A stretch of 64,000 nucleotides of DNA, from assembly GCA_013626165.1 (NCBI GenBank), contig NDHX01000004.1:565-64564 (forward strand), in the 5' to 3' direction. The DNA comes from Candidatus Velesiimonas alkalicola. Lineage in GTDB: Bacteria; Omnitrophota; Gorgyraeia; Velesiimonadales; Velesiimonadaceae. The notes under the pieces were generated by a model that made no database searches, was not told the DNA's origin, and saw only the letters and a program-made list of their open reading frames with translations. Made by a program: the position numbers and the translations under genes. Shown here piece by piece: positions 9,291 to 19,744 of this stretch. The stretch's first letter is position 1. Every line of letters begins with the position of its first letter.

Positions 9291-10308
9291 AGTATTCCAT
9301 TACCACAGATGCAACGGAATATCCCCCGCCTACTGTTGTAAAAAGCAGTTTATCCTTACGCTTTATATTTTTCCCTTGAATTTTCCCGTGCACGGCCATC
9401 TCAAGAGTAATGGGGATTGTTGCGCTTGAGTTGTTCCCCATATCTTTTATTATTGATATTACCTTTTCTTTTGGAAAATTTAATTTTTCTGCAACACCAT
9501 CAATAATTCTTGCATTTGCCTGATGCGGGATAAGATAATCTATATCTTCTGCTGACCATGGACTTTTAGATAAGGCGCAAATGGCCGCCTCAGACATAGA
9601 ATTAACGGCCCTTCTTAAAACCTGCGGTCCTCCGGGCATTTTTAGGTAAGATTTCTTAATATAATTAATCCCACCTATATCTTTTGCAATCTGAAAATCA
9701 GAATTTAAGTATTCAAGATGGTCTGAATATAAGGACCCAATAAACGGCTGACTGCATATACCTGTTTCTGAAGAAACTTGCAAGACAGCAGCCCCTGCCC
9801 CATCCCCGAGCAATACTGCAACGCGAGGGTCATCGGGATCTATTGCTCTGGACAGACATTCGGCACTTACAATGAGGATGTTTTTGTACCAACCGGATTT
9901 TATAAAAGAATATGCTATCGCCATACCATACAGGAAACCCGCACAGGCAGTATTTAACGGAAACGCAGGGATTGTGTCAAGTCCCAGTCTATGTGCAAGG
10001 GAACAGGCAGAATTAGGTATCTCCCTTTTTTGTGTGAAACTTGTTAAGATTAAAAATTCTATGTCTTGTATTTTAAGGTTTGCATCTTCAATTGCCTTCC
10101 TTGAAGCCTCTTCACCCATTGTCTCTATATCTTCTTCTTCACTTATATAGTATCTTTCCCCGATGCCTGTCATATTTTCTACCCATTCTTCAAATGGCAT
10201 TCCGGCTTTTGCTTCATCAAAGCCTCTAATCATGCCTTTTAAGTGACCGTTTGATACACATCTTTTAGGAAGATAACTACCCACACCTGCTATTCTTGCC
10301 TTAAACAT
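9289..10308 (-). CDS. fabH: 3-oxoacyl-[ACP] synthase III (KAS III family)
   Basis: KAS III fold. N-terminal GVGSYLP. Active-site Cys context SACAGF-like (NTACAGFLYG). C-terminal GGGYSVASVVM. Lies in the fab cluster. Confidence 0.75.
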   Translation of the reverse strand: MFKARIAGVGSYLPKRCVSNGHLKGMIRGFDEAKAGMPFEEWVENMTGIGERYYISEEEDIETMGEEASRKAIEDANLKIQDIEFLILTSFTQKREIPNSACSLAHRLGLDTIPAFPLNTACAGFLYGMAIAYSFIKSGWYKNILIVSAECLSRAIDPDDPRVAVLLGDGAGAAVLQVSSETGICSQPFIGSLYSDHLEYLNSDFQIAKDIGGINYIKKSYLKMPGGPQVLRRAVNSMSEAAICALSKSPWSAEDIDYLIPHQANARIIDGVAEKLNFPKEKVISIIKDMGNNSSATIPITLEMAVHGKIQGKNIKRKDKLLFTTVGGGYSVASVVMEY

Positions 10309-10371
10309 ATTCTTTTTTCCCTTTTATTTTAACCACAGCTCTTTTTCAAGAAGGGCTGTGCCTTTTGCATC

Positions 10372-10854
10372 TTAGAGTTTGTTTTCATAAGACTTTACAC
10401 AGGGTTGAGTTTGCCCAAAAGACGCCCTGTCTTTTATCAATATACCATTCAGATGGTCTATCTCATGCTGTATGATTCTTGCTAAAAGTCCTTCTGCCTT
10501 AATTTTTATCTTCCGCCCCCTAACATTTATTCCATGGACAGTAATCTTCTTTGCTCTTTTAATTTTCCATGCTTCACCGGGAAGGCTTATACACCCCTCT
10601 TCTGCTGTCTCTTCGCCAGTGGTCCTTTCAATCTCGGGATTTATAATCTCAACAAGATTCTGATTGTCCATTACTATGATTATTCTTTTTGGTATTCCAA
10701 CCTGGTTTGCAGCAAGTCCTATCCCTTTTGAAGAATGCATTGTTTCTGCCATATCCTTAATCAGCACACATATACTATCGTCCACACAAGGAACCTGTTC
10801 TGCCTTTTTATAAAGGATTGGATCAGGGTATATACATATCTTTAATGCCGTCAT
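10372..10854 (-). CDS. def: Peptide deformylase
   Basis: GIGLAANQVG, EGCLS-like (EGCISLPG) and HEIDHLNG metal-binding motifs. Start taken at the internal MTALKI; overlaps the lipA end. Confidence 0.85.
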   Translation of the reverse strand: MTALKICIYPDPILYKKAEQVPCVDDSICVLIKDMAETMHSSKGIGLAANQVGIPKRIIIVMDNQNLVEIINPEIERTTGEETAEEGCISLPGEAWKIKRAKKITVHGINVRGRKIKIKAEGLLARIIQHEIDHLNGILIKDRASFGQTQPCVKSYENKL

Positions 10855-11701
10855 AATACATTTTTGCCTTATATGAACTTCGGACAAAAGGGCCCGACAA
10901 TACACGGGAAAATCCTATCCCGTATGCAACACATTTTAAGTATTCAAATATATGAGGTTCTATATATTCGAAAACAGGAAAATGTTCTTTGCTCGGAGAA
11001 AGATACTGCCCAATGGTTAAAACCCTGCATCCGCAACCAAAAAGAGCATTCATACAGTCAATAACCTCTTTCTGTTTTTCCCCTACGCCCAACATCATCC
11101 CTGATTTGGTAATAATGTTGCTTTTTTCTGAAACATATCTTATCACATCAAGTGACCTTCCATAATCTGCTCCTGGGCGAAGAACGGGATACATTCTTGG
11201 GACAGTTTCTATGTTATGACCGAACACATCAGGGTGTGCTTCTATAATTTTATCTAAAGAACTTTTAGAACCCTTGAAATCAGACGTAAGCACCTCAACT
11301 GTAACACCCTTCTGTGTTCTTCTAATTTCTTTTATGCATGAAACAAATTGCTCTGCTCCTCCATCTTCAAGGTCATCTCTTGTTACGGAGGTAATCACAA
11401 TATGAGAAAGTTTTAATTTTATTGTGGCCTGTGCAATCCTAGCCGGCTCAGTTTTGTCTATTTCTGCGGGGGTACCCTTTTGGACGGCACAAAACCTGCA
11501 ATTTCTTGTGCAAATGTTACCAAGTATAAGAAATGTTGCCACCCCATCATTAAAGCAAAGATTTTGATTGGGGCATTGGGCACTTGAGCAGACAGTATTT
11601 AGACCGGAGAGGATACTTCTTGTATGTTTAAATTTTTCCGATACATTAACAGTTCTTTTTATCCAAGAAGGATGGGAAGACTTAAAATGGGTTTTTTCCA
11701 T
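10823..11701 (-). CDS. lipA: Lipoyl synthase
   Basis: Two Cys clusters, CPNQNLC.. and CTRNCRFC (radical-SAM CX3CX2C). Lipoyl synthase length and layout. Confidence 0.9.
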   Translation of the reverse strand: MEKTHFKSSHPSWIKRTVNVSEKFKHTRSILSGLNTVCSSAQCPNQNLCFNDGVATFLILGNICTRNCRFCAVQKGTPAEIDKTEPARIAQATIKLKLSHIVITSVTRDDLEDGGAEQFVSCIKEIRRTQKGVTVEVLTSDFKGSKSSLDKIIEAHPDVFGHNIETVPRMYPVLRPGADYGRSLDVIRYVSEKSNIITKSGMMLGVGEKQKEVIDCMNALFGCGCRVLTIGQYLSPSKEHFPVFEYIEPHIFEYLKCVAYGIGFSRVLSGPFVRSSYKAKMYYDGIKDMYIP

Positions 11702-11729
11702 TACATACCTTCATAGAAAGTTCAAAAAA

Positions 11730-11918
11730 TTAAAAATATCTGTTTTTTCGCCTTGCCTCTCTTGCGTCTTTTGCCTTCCTTTTCTTTCTCTCGCTTGGCT
11801 TCTCATAATATCTCTTTATCCTTACCTGTCTGAGAAGCCCTTCTCTTTCTACTTTTTTCTTTAACTTTCTCAGGGCCCTTTCAAGGCTTCCTTCTTTTCC
11901 TACATCAACCCTTGACAC
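11730..11918 (-). CDS. rpsU: 30S ribosomal protein S21
   Basis: Basic C-terminus RKKRKAKDAREARRKNRYF. ERALRKLKKKVEREGLL matches S21. GTG start 8 nt after an AAGGAGG RBS. Confidence 0.8.
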   Translation of the reverse strand: MSRVDVGKEGSLERALRKLKKKVEREGLLRQVRIKRYYEKPSERKKRKAKDAREARRKNRYF

Positions 11919-11937
11919 AAAATACCACCTCCTTGCC

Positions 11938-11990
11938 CGTTCACCAGAGCACCATTCACCCACTACCTGTCACCAGAGTCACCAGTTCTA
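11938..11990. repeat. GCACCAG-type octamer repeats in the rpsU 5' leader
   Basis: caccagagcaccattcacccactacctgtcaccagagtcaccag. On the transcribed (minus) strand it reads CUGGUG... immediately upstream of the RBS. Confidence 0.7.
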
Positions 11991-12012
11991 TGGTAGTTGT
12001 GCAGAGGTTTTA

Positions 12013-12669
12013 TCATTCCTGCTCAATCTTTGTTATGGCTTCAGGCAGTATTACAATTTCAACCCTTCTGTTTTCCTGTCTTCCTTCAGGTGTATCATTG
12101 CTTGCAACCGGCGAAAACTCACCCCAACCTGTTGCTGATATTCTTGTTGGTTCCATTTCCTTTGCATCCACAAAATAATGAAGTACCGAAAGTGCACGGG
12201 CTGATGATAATTCCCAGTTTGACTTCCATCCGGAATATTTTATAGGTTCACTGTCTGTATGCCCTTCAATATCTACATTCCTATCTATAAATCTTGTATT
12301 AAGTATATCAGCAACTTTATCCAATGTCAGACGCGCCTCTTCTCTTATTGTTGCCCTGCCTGAATCAAACAGTATCCTATCTAAAAATGTTATAACAATC
12401 CCTTTTTCAAGATGCTTGATTGTGAGTATTCTGTCGTCAATTTCACGTTTAAGACTTCGTTCAAGCTCATTCTTTTCCTTCAATAATCTGTCTGCAATAC
12501 CTTCTTTCTCCTTCTCTCTTAAAGCAATCAGAGCACCTAATTTATCCACCTCTTTCTGAAGAAGTGCAATCCTGTGAAGATCGTCAGGATGATGTCTTTG
12601 AACACTTACACACCCTGATACAAAAATAACTGCTGATGCCAAAACCCCCATTGCCCAACTTCCCTTCAT
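12013..12669 (-). CDS. OmpA/MotB-domain lipoprotein
   Basis: Lipobox (FVSGC). Coiled-coil middle region. C-terminal OmpA_C domain (…NRRVEIVILPE). Confidence 0.8.
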   Translation of the reverse strand: MKGSWAMGVLASAVIFVSGCVSVQRHHPDDLHRIALLQKEVDKLGALIALREKEKEGIADRLLKEKNELERSLKREIDDRILTIKHLEKGIVITFLDRILFDSGRATIREEARLTLDKVADILNTRFIDRNVDIEGHTDSEPIKYSGWKSNWELSSARALSVLHYFVDAKEMEPTRISATGWGEFSPVASNDTPEGRQENRRVEIVILPEAITKIEQE

Positions 12670-12851
12670 ATTATCCTCCTGGTATAATCTTCACCCTAGA
12701 CATCCTAGAGCGAATTTGTTGATAATGTATTAAAATATTTTAACATGTTAAAATATTTCTGTGTTTGACACATGCTCCTTTTTAGAAAGGCAAACACTCC
12801 CTGCCCTTTTAGAACTGAACCTTCTTTCATATTTTACTACTATTATTTTAT

Positions 12852-14219
12852 TTGTCAATTATTTTTAAACAATATATAATAATACTTGTGGAAGAAACTT
12901 CTATCACCAATTGCATAGATGACCTTTGTATTGCTGTGGTCGGAGCAGGTTATGTGGGGCTTACAGTTGCAGGTTTTTTTTCAGAACTCGGAAACAGTGT
13001 AACCTGCGTTGATAATAATTATCAGAAAATAGAGAACCTTAAAAAAAATAAAATTCCTATATATGAGCCAGGAATTGAATATCTTATTATAAAAAATAAA
13101 AAAAGGGGAACGCTTTCATTTTCTCATAGCATAAAAGAGGCAACAAAAAAATCAGATGTAATATTTATCTGTGCAGGAACACCCTCACATTCTGACGGAA
13201 GTCCAGATCTTTCAGCAATAGAGAGTGTAGTTGAACAGATTGCAAAGGCAATGGACAACTCATATAGGTTAATTGTAGAAAAAAGTACTGTTCCGGCACA
13301 CACAGGTAAAAAAATAAAACAGACTATATGCAGGAACAATCCTGCCGCAGTTTTTGATATAGCATCCAACCCTGAATTTTTAAGAGAGGGAAGCGCAGTC
13401 TATGACATATTTCATCCAGACAGGATTGTAATAGGCGTTGAAAGCAAAAAAGCAGAACAAATACTTACACGGCTTTATGAACATATAAAAGCACCCATTA
13501 TTGTTTGTGACATTGAGACAGCAGAGATAATAAAGCATGCCTCAAACTCATTCCTGGCAACAAAGATATCTTTTATAAATGCGGTTTCAAACATCTGTGA
13601 AAGGTTGGGTGCAGATATCAGAAAGGTCTCAGAAGGCATGGGGCTTGATAAAAGGATTGGAAAAGACTTTCTTAACGCAGGAATCGGATTTGGAGGTGCC
13701 TGTTTTCCCAAGGATTTAGATGCATTTATACATCTTGCACATACTGTGGGATATGACTTTGGTCTGTTAAGGGAGGTAAAAAAAATAAATGAGGAACAAA
13801 GAAAATACATGCTGAAAAAAATAGAAGATACATTATGGATAATAAAAGATAAAACAATAGGTGTGTTTGGTCTGAGCTTTAAGCCGGACACGGATGATAT
13901 ACGAAATTCGGTTTCAATAGAAGTAATAAAGTTGTTACAAAAACAGGGGGCTAAAATAAAATGTTATGACCCCAGGGCAATGGATGTAGCAAAAATTGTA
14001 TTGGATAAATCTGTCCAATTTTGCAAAAACATATATCAAACAGCAAAAGATTCAGACTGTCTTGTTATAATGACTGATTGGGAAGAGTTTAAAAATATGA
14101 ACTTAAAAAAAATTAAAAAAGCATTAAAACAACCGGTAATAATAGATGGGAAAAATATCTTTGAACACCAGAGTATGAAAAATTTGGGATTCATATATAA
14201 ATGTATCGGAAAAGACTGA
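12852..14219 (+). CDS. ugd: UDP-glucose 6-dehydrogenase (nucleotide-sugar dehydrogenase)
   Basis: N-terminal AVVGAGYVGL Rossmann motif, catalytic GFGGACFPKD, UDPG_MGDP_dh C-terminal domain. The true start is probably an alternative codon just upstream of IAVVGAG. Confidence 0.85.
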   Translation: MSIIFKQYIIILVEETSITNCIDDLCIAVVGAGYVGLTVAGFFSELGNSVTCVDNNYQKIENLKKNKIPIYEPGIEYLIIKNKKRGTLSFSHSIKEATKKSDVIFICAGTPSHSDGSPDLSAIESVVEQIAKAMDNSYRLIVEKSTVPAHTGKKIKQTICRNNPAAVFDIASNPEFLREGSAVYDIFHPDRIVIGVESKKAEQILTRLYEHIKAPIIVCDIETAEIIKHASNSFLATKISFINAVSNICERLGADIRKVSEGMGLDKRIGKDFLNAGIGFGGACFPKDLDAFIHLAHTVGYDFGLLREVKKINEEQRKYMLKKIEDTLWIIKDKTIGVFGLSFKPDTDDIRNSVSIEVIKLLQKQGAKIKCYDPRAMDVAKIVLDKSVQFCKNIYQTAKDSDCLVIMTDWEEFKNMNLKKIKKALKQPVIIDGKNIFEHQSMKNLGFIYKCIGKD

Positions 14220-14465
14220 TGATCTTAATCCCACACCCAAGAGGGTACCCGAGGCACCAAACAATATTCAATAACCAAATTACAATAACCAAACAATATT
14301 CAATTTTCAAATCTTAAATTACAAACTTTGGAATTGAGGATTTTGGGATTTCGGGCACCCTCTGGGTGTGTCATTCGTTTAGTACTAAAATTTTGTTGCA
14401 AAAATTATAAATAAATGTAAGATATCATAATAGATAGGTTTTGATATTTCTTTAAAAGAGGGGTT

Positions 14466-15530
14466 ATGAAAAAAATATTACAAAACATTAAAAGTTGGGT
14501 CGGAAGATTCGCTGGGTTTTTATCAACAGATATAGGGATTGACCTTGGGACATCAAACACACTTGTCTATGTTAAAGGGAGGGGGATATTAGTAGCAGAG
14601 CCATCGGTCATTGCCCTTGACAAGGAGACAAATACTGTTCTTGCAGTAGGCGAAGAGGCAAAAAGGATGCTTGGAAAAACCCCGGGCAATATTATTGCAA
14701 CCCGTCCTATGAAGGATGGTGTAATAGCAGATTTTCAGGTTTCTGAGGCAATGTTAAGATATTTTATAAAGAGGGTTCATAAGAGTGGAATATTTGTTCA
14801 TCCGAGGATTGTGATTGCGGTTCCATCCTGTATTACAGAGGTTGAACGAAGGGCAGTTACAGACTCTACGCTTCATGCAGGGGCAAGAGCAGTATATCTT
14901 GTAGAAGAGCCGATGGCAGCAGCAATAGGAGCAGGATTGCCTGTGCAGGAGCCAGCAGGAAATATGATTGTTGATATAGGTGGGGGGACAACCGAGATTG
15001 CAGTTATATCTCTTGCGGGTATTGTTTTTACAAAAAGCCTCAGGATTGGCGGAGATGAGATGGATGATGCTATTATCCAGCATCTGAAGAAAACATATAA
15101 CCTTTTGATAGGTGAAAGAACAGCAGAACGGATAAAAATAGAGATAGGCTCGGCATTCCCCATTGAAAATGAAATGACGATGGAGGTAAAAGGAAGGGAC
15201 CTTGCTGTGGGATTGCCAAAAGCCATCACAATATCATCTAAAGAAGTAAGACAGGCACTTTCCGAGCCCATATCTTCAATTATTGAAATTATAAGGATTG
15301 CGCTTGAAAGAACACCTCCTGAGCTTTCTTCAGACCTTGTTGAAAGAGGGATTGTTATGGCAGGAGGAGGCGCCCTTTTAAGAGGGATTGATAAACTTAT
15401 TTCAGAAGAAACAGGACTTCCTGTTCATATTGCGGAGGACCCGTTAAGTGTAGTAGCGTTGGGTACAGGAAAAATATTAGAATCTCCTTACTTAAAAAAG
15501 GTAACAGTAAGTGCCCGCCTTGAAAGTTAA
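14466..15530 (+). CDS. mreB: Rod shape-determining protein MreB
   Basis: [15 protein letters not shown], the actin-fold phosphate loops, ~350 aa. Followed by mreC and mreD. Confidence 0.9.
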   Translation: MKKILQNIKSWVGRFAGFLSTDIGIDLGTSNTLVYVKGRGILVAEPSVIALDKETNTVLAVGEEAKRMLGKTPGNIIATRPMKDGVIADFQVSEAMLRYFIKRVHKSGIFVHPRIVIAVPSCITEVERRAVTDSTLHAGARAVYLVEEPMAAAIGAGLPVQEPAGNMIVDIGGGTTEIAVISLAGIVFTKSLRIGGDEMDDAIIQHLKKTYNLLIGERTAERIKIEIGSAFPIENEMTMEVKGRDLAVGLPKAITISSKEVRQALSEPISSIIEIIRIALERTPPELSSDLVERGIVMAGGGALLRGIDKLISEETGLPVHIAEDPLSVVALGTGKILESPYLKKVTVSARLES

Positions 15531-15532
15531 AT

Positions 15533-16315
15533 ATGACGCACACCAGGAGCAAGGGTTATGTTGTTCTGTTAATTTGTATCAGTATTTTTTTGATTGTGTT
15601 CCATAATAAAATCTTTTTTTTATCCCATCTGGATATTTTTTTTTATAAGATATCCCAAGGACCGCTTCTTTTTTTAAATAACATCTCCGCGCCGCTGAAA
15701 ATATTTAAACAAGTTCCAACCTTATACAAAGAAAACCAAAGATTAAAACAGCAGATAGCCGTTTTTAAAAATCAGGCGGTATTTTTACGGGAAATTGAAT
15801 CGGAGAATGAAAGATTGAAAGGGCTGCTTTCTTTAAAGGCCGGTTTCCCGAGGTTAACAACAGTTGCAAGGGTTGTTTCGCAGGAGCCATCTCTGTGGAG
15901 TTCTACGATTATCATTGATAAAGGGATAAAAGACGGGATTATAAAAAATTCACCTGTTTTAACATCAGCAGGATTGGTAGGATTTGTAAGCGAAAGTGGA
16001 GATAAAAATAGCAGAGTTATACTTTTACAGGATCCGAACTTTAGGGTTCATTCAATAGTTCAGAGAAGCAGAGTAACGGGGGTTTTTGAAGGAAAAATGG
16101 AAGGGCAAGGGATACTTAAATATGTCCCTGTTGATGCAGATGTCCAGAAAGGTGATTCTGTTGTAACATCAGGTATGGGGGGACTCTATCCAAAGGGGAT
16201 ATTTATAGGAACGGTTGAAGAGGTTGTGCGCCCCTTCGGGAGTAGATTTTGTCATATAAGGATTAAAATTGCAGTTGATTTTTCAAAGATAGAGGAGGTT
16301 ATCTGTATACGATAA
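15533..16315 (+). CDS. mreC: Rod shape-determining protein MreC
   Basis: N-terminal TM segment, coiled coil (LKQQIAVFKNQ...ENERLKGLL) and C-terminal beta domain. Position between mreB and mreD. Confidence 0.8.
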   Translation: MTHTRSKGYVVLLICISIFLIVFHNKIFFLSHLDIFFYKISQGPLLFLNNISAPLKIFKQVPTLYKENQRLKQQIAVFKNQAVFLREIESENERLKGLLSLKAGFPRLTTVARVVSQEPSLWSSTIIIDKGIKDGIIKNSPVLTSAGLVGFVSESGDKNSRVILLQDPNFRVHSIVQRSRVTGVFEGKMEGQGILKYVPVDADVQKGDSVVTSGMGGLYPKGIFIGTVEEVVRPFGSRFCHIRIKIAVDFSKIEEVICIR

Positions 16316-16326
16316 GTAAGGCACGG

Positions 16327-16785
16327 ATGTATCACTTAAACCCTTTTTGGTTTGCGATATTTTCAATCTTGATTCTATGGTTTGATATATCTTTTTTTAG
16401 AACAACAGCAATTCTTTATCTATATTTTTTATATATAATACTGTTTCAGGGTAAAGATTATGGGTTATGGTGTGGCGCCTGGGTTGGTTTTCTTATAGAT
16501 ATTTCTTGCCCAGATCCTTTGGGAACACATACAGGGACATTGGGAACGGTAGGACACATATTGGGAAAATATGCAAGAGTATTAAAAAAAGATGCCTGGT
16601 TTGTTCAAGTGTCCATTGCTTTTTTATCAATACTTGCGGCAAAAGTATTATCCCTGTCTTTGCTTTTTATATTTACAGATACCGTTGTTCTTTTAAGAAT
16701 TTTAGAAAATGTTTTTATTAAATCTTTTGGTATAGCCCTTTTGACGCCGTTTGTATTTTATATCTTTGGAAGGCTTAAAAAATAG
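16327..16785 (+). CDS. mreD: Rod shape-determining protein MreD (polytopic membrane protein)
   Basis: 152-aa multi-TM protein between mreC and PBP2. Assigned mainly by position. Confidence 0.55.
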   Translation: MYHLNPFWFAIFSILILWFDISFFRTTAILYLYFLYIILFQGKDYGLWCGAWVGFLIDISCPDPLGTHTGTLGTVGHILGKYARVLKKDAWFVQVSIAFLSILAAKVLSLSLLFIFTDTVVLLRILENVFIKSFGIALLTPFVFYIFGRLKK

Positions 16786-16786
16786 T

Positions 16787-18475
16787 ATGAATAACAGAAT
16801 TAAATATTTTGGTTTAGGAATATTTCTTTTTCTTTTTACTCTTATTATTATTCTATGGCATATCCAGGTTTTAAAAAATGAAAAGTATCTATTGCTATCT
16901 GAGAAGAACAGGATAAGGCTTGTTCCGATTGTAGCCCCGAGAGGAAATATACTTGACAGAAACGGTGTGGTTTTAGCCTTTGACAAACATTTTTTTGAAC
17001 TTGTTGCAGTGCCTCAAGATCTGTCAAAGAACAGGGAAGAATTAAAAGAACTGGCAAAAATTTGTGGCGTGGATGTAGAATATTTTCATAAAAAGATAAA
17101 AGAAAGATTTGTTGCACCGTTTTATCCCGTTGTTCTTTTAAGAGATGTTGAATTATCAAAAGTAATAAAGATTGAAGAACAAAATATAAGATTTCCAGGC
17201 ATAAGAGTAAGAGAGGTTTTCAGAAGGTATTATCCACAGGCTGAAACCTTTGCACACATTATCGGATATACAGCAAGGCCCACCTTGCTTGAGATTCTAA
17301 CTACTGAAGAATTTATAACAGATGAGGATTGGATAGGAAGAAGTGGTTTGGAAAAAACAATGGATGATGTTTTAAGAGGGAAAAACGGAGGAACGCAGGT
17401 TGAGATTGATAACAGAGGAAGAATGATAAGAACACTCAGTTGGAAAGGACCTGAACCCGGAACAGATATAAGACTAACAGTAGATGCGGGGTTGCAAGAG
17501 TTTGGGAAAAACCTGCTTGCTGGCAGAAAGGGTTCAATAGTTGTTCTTGATTGTTCCAGCGCAAGTATTCTTGCAATGGTAAGCAGTCCGTCTTATAATC
17601 CGAATTATTTTGTATCATCCGATAATCGTGTTACAGAAATATTAAATGATAGAAGATCCATAATGTTAAACAGGAGTTTATTGCCTTATCCGCCCGGTTC
17701 AATATTTAAAATTATAACAGCAATAAGCGGACTTGATAAAGAAATTATAAGTCCGTCCCAAACATTTCAATGTAGCGGAAGTATAGATATCGGGAATCAC
17801 AGAGTTCATTGTTTTGGCGCAAGAGCACATGGCAATGTAAATCTTCATAAAGGAATAACAGATTCTTGCAACACATATTTTGTAAATATCGGAAAAATGA
17901 TAGGTGTAGATAATATATCAACATATGCAAGGATATTTAACTTAGGAAGCCCTACTGGTATAGAGCTTCCATTTGAAAAAGGTGGACTTGTCCCCGATAG
18001 AATCTGGAAGAAAAAGAAAATCAACGAAGACTGGTATACAGGAGATACCGCAAACATTAGTATCGGCCAGGGGTATGTTCTTACAACTCCACTACAGATG
18101 GCAAATATGGCTCTTCTTGTTGCAAACAATGGGATATCTTTTAAACCACGCCTGATAAAAACAGAAACCAATCAGAATAAAAAAGTATCTATATTAAGCC
18201 CGGAAGTTTTCTTACCCTTAAAAGGCGCTATGGAAGATGTTGTCCGAAGAGGGACTGGAAGACTTGCAGGGGGCGATGGGATTTCTGTTGCAGGTAAAAC
18301 AGGAAGCGCACAGGTTGATAATAACAGATCACATGCATGGTTTATAGGTTATGCCCCCGTAAAAAATCCGCAGATTGCATTTGCAGTGTTTCTTGAATTT
18401 GGAGGGCGTGGCGGAGAAGAGCCTGCAATAATTGCAAAAAAAATTGTCCAGTATTGGATGGAGAATAGTAGATAG
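16787..18475 (+). CDS. mrdA: Penicillin-binding protein 2 (peptidoglycan D,D-transpeptidase)
   Basis: N-terminal TM segment and PBP dimerisation domain. Transpeptidase motifs SIFK (SxxK), SCN (SxN) and KTGS (KTG). Start set at the MNNRIKYF that immediately follows the mreD stop. Confidence 0.85.
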   Translation: MNNRIKYFGLGIFLFLFTLIIILWHIQVLKNEKYLLLSEKNRIRLVPIVAPRGNILDRNGVVLAFDKHFFELVAVPQDLSKNREELKELAKICGVDVEYFHKKIKERFVAPFYPVVLLRDVELSKVIKIEEQNIRFPGIRVREVFRRYYPQAETFAHIIGYTARPTLLEILTTEEFITDEDWIGRSGLEKTMDDVLRGKNGGTQVEIDNRGRMIRTLSWKGPEPGTDIRLTVDAGLQEFGKNLLAGRKGSIVVLDCSSASILAMVSSPSYNPNYFVSSDNRVTEILNDRRSIMLNRSLLPYPPGSIFKIITAISGLDKEIISPSQTFQCSGSIDIGNHRVHCFGARAHGNVNLHKGITDSCNTYFVNIGKMIGVDNISTYARIFNLGSPTGIELPFEKGGLVPDRIWKKKKINEDWYTGDTANISIGQGYVLTTPLQMANMALLVANNGISFKPRLIKTETNQNKKVSILSPEVFLPLKGAMEDVVRRGTGRLAGGDGISVAGKTGSAQVDNNRSHAWFIGYAPVKNPQIAFAVFLEFGGRGGEEPAIIAKKIVQYWMENSR

Positions 18476-18510
18476 TAGGTAGGAGATAGTAGGTAGTAGG
18501 TAGGGAAAAC
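18466..18510. repeat. TAGGTAGTAG-type tandem repeat immediately after the mrdA stop
   Basis: tagtagatagtaggtaggagatagtaggtagtaggtaggg. Provides stop codons in two of three frames straight after the PBP2 stop. Followed by a GC-rich palindrome (18511–18535). Confidence 0.7.
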
Positions 18511-18642
18511 CCCCCTCCTTTTATAAAGGAGGGTAGGGGTGGATTATCCTTTCAGTTTTGTGATTCGGGTACTCTTTGTGTGTGTTTCTTTTGCGGCATG
18601 CGAAGTTCGGGCGAGGTCTATGATATACAGGATACGGAATAT

Positions 18643-19743
18643 ATGAAAAATTTGTTGAACCTTATAAAAAAATCTGACCCTGTGCTTATCAGCAGTGTTA
18701 TCCTAATTCTATTGATAGGATGTCTGACACTTTACAGTGCATCATACCAGAGAAGTCTTATAACAGGCAAGAGTTATATTCTTACGCAGGTTTGTTGGAT
18801 AGTGATAGGATTTATTGTTTGTTTTGTGGTTATTTCTGTCCCTTATAAAAAGTGGATAGCGGCGGGTCCTTATTTATATGCTGCCGGACTTTTACTTCTT
18901 ATAGCGGTTCTTTTTTTTGGTTCCGTAAGAGGAGGAGCAAGAAGGTGGTTTACCGTTGCAGGTGTTTCTTTCCAACCCTCTGAAATGATAAGATTTGGTC
19001 TTGTTCTTATTCTCTCCTCTTATTTAGGACAAAGGCTGAACGAGAAGCATTCCTACAAACTTATTATTTTAGGCTTTCTTATGGCAATCCTTCCCGCAAT
19101 ACTTGTTCTTAAACAACCTAACCTTGGAATTGCTGTTAGTTTTTTGTTTATTACAGGTGTAATGCTCTGGGTGTGGGGGCTCAAATGGAAGCACTTCCTG
19201 ACGCTGTTAATATCGGGAATTGTGTCCGTTCCGCTCATCTGGCCTTTTCTTAGAGAGTATCAAAAACAAAGAATATTTGCATTCTTGAATCCCGAAAAAG
19301 ACCCCCTGGGTTCAGGTTACAGTATTATACAGTCAAGAATTGCTATTGGTTCAGGTGAATTCTGGGGCAGAGGGTGGATGCATGGGTCACAGAATAGACT
19401 AAATTTCGTCCCTGAAAAACATACGGATTTTATATTTTCAGTATTAAGTGAGGAATTCGGTTTTTTGGGGGCATCTGTTCTTATATTGCTTTTCGTAATA
19501 TTTTTTTACAGGTGTATAAAAATAGCACTACAAACTCATGATGCTTCTGCAAGACTGCTTGTTTTCGGTATGGCTTCAAGTATTTTATATCAGCTGGTTA
19601 TAAATATATCTATGACCATAGGCCTTGTGCCTGTTGTTGGTATTCCTTTGCCACTTATAAGTTATGGCGGTTCTAATATGCTTGTGGTGTTAGCAGGTAT
19701 AGGAATGATATTGAATATATCGGCAAGAAGAACTGTGTTTTAG
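18643..19743 (+). CDS. rodA: Peptidoglycan glycosyltransferase RodA (SEDS family)
   Basis: FtsW/RodA/SpoVE multi-TM architecture. Sits directly downstream of PBP2. Start taken at the internal MKNLLNL. Confidence 0.85.
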   Translation: MKNLLNLIKKSDPVLISSVILILLIGCLTLYSASYQRSLITGKSYILTQVCWIVIGFIVCFVVISVPYKKWIAAGPYLYAAGLLLLIAVLFFGSVRGGARRWFTVAGVSFQPSEMIRFGLVLILSSYLGQRLNEKHSYKLIILGFLMAILPAILVLKQPNLGIAVSFLFITGVMLWVWGLKWKHFLTLLISGIVSVPLIWPFLREYQKQRIFAFLNPEKDPLGSGYSIIQSRIAIGSGEFWGRGWMHGSQNRLNFVPEKHTDFIFSVLSEEFGFLGASVLILLFVIFFYRCIKIALQTHDASARLLVFGMASSILYQLVINISMTIGLVPVVGIPLPLISYGGSNMLVVLAGIGMILNISARRTVF

Positions 19744-19744
19744 A

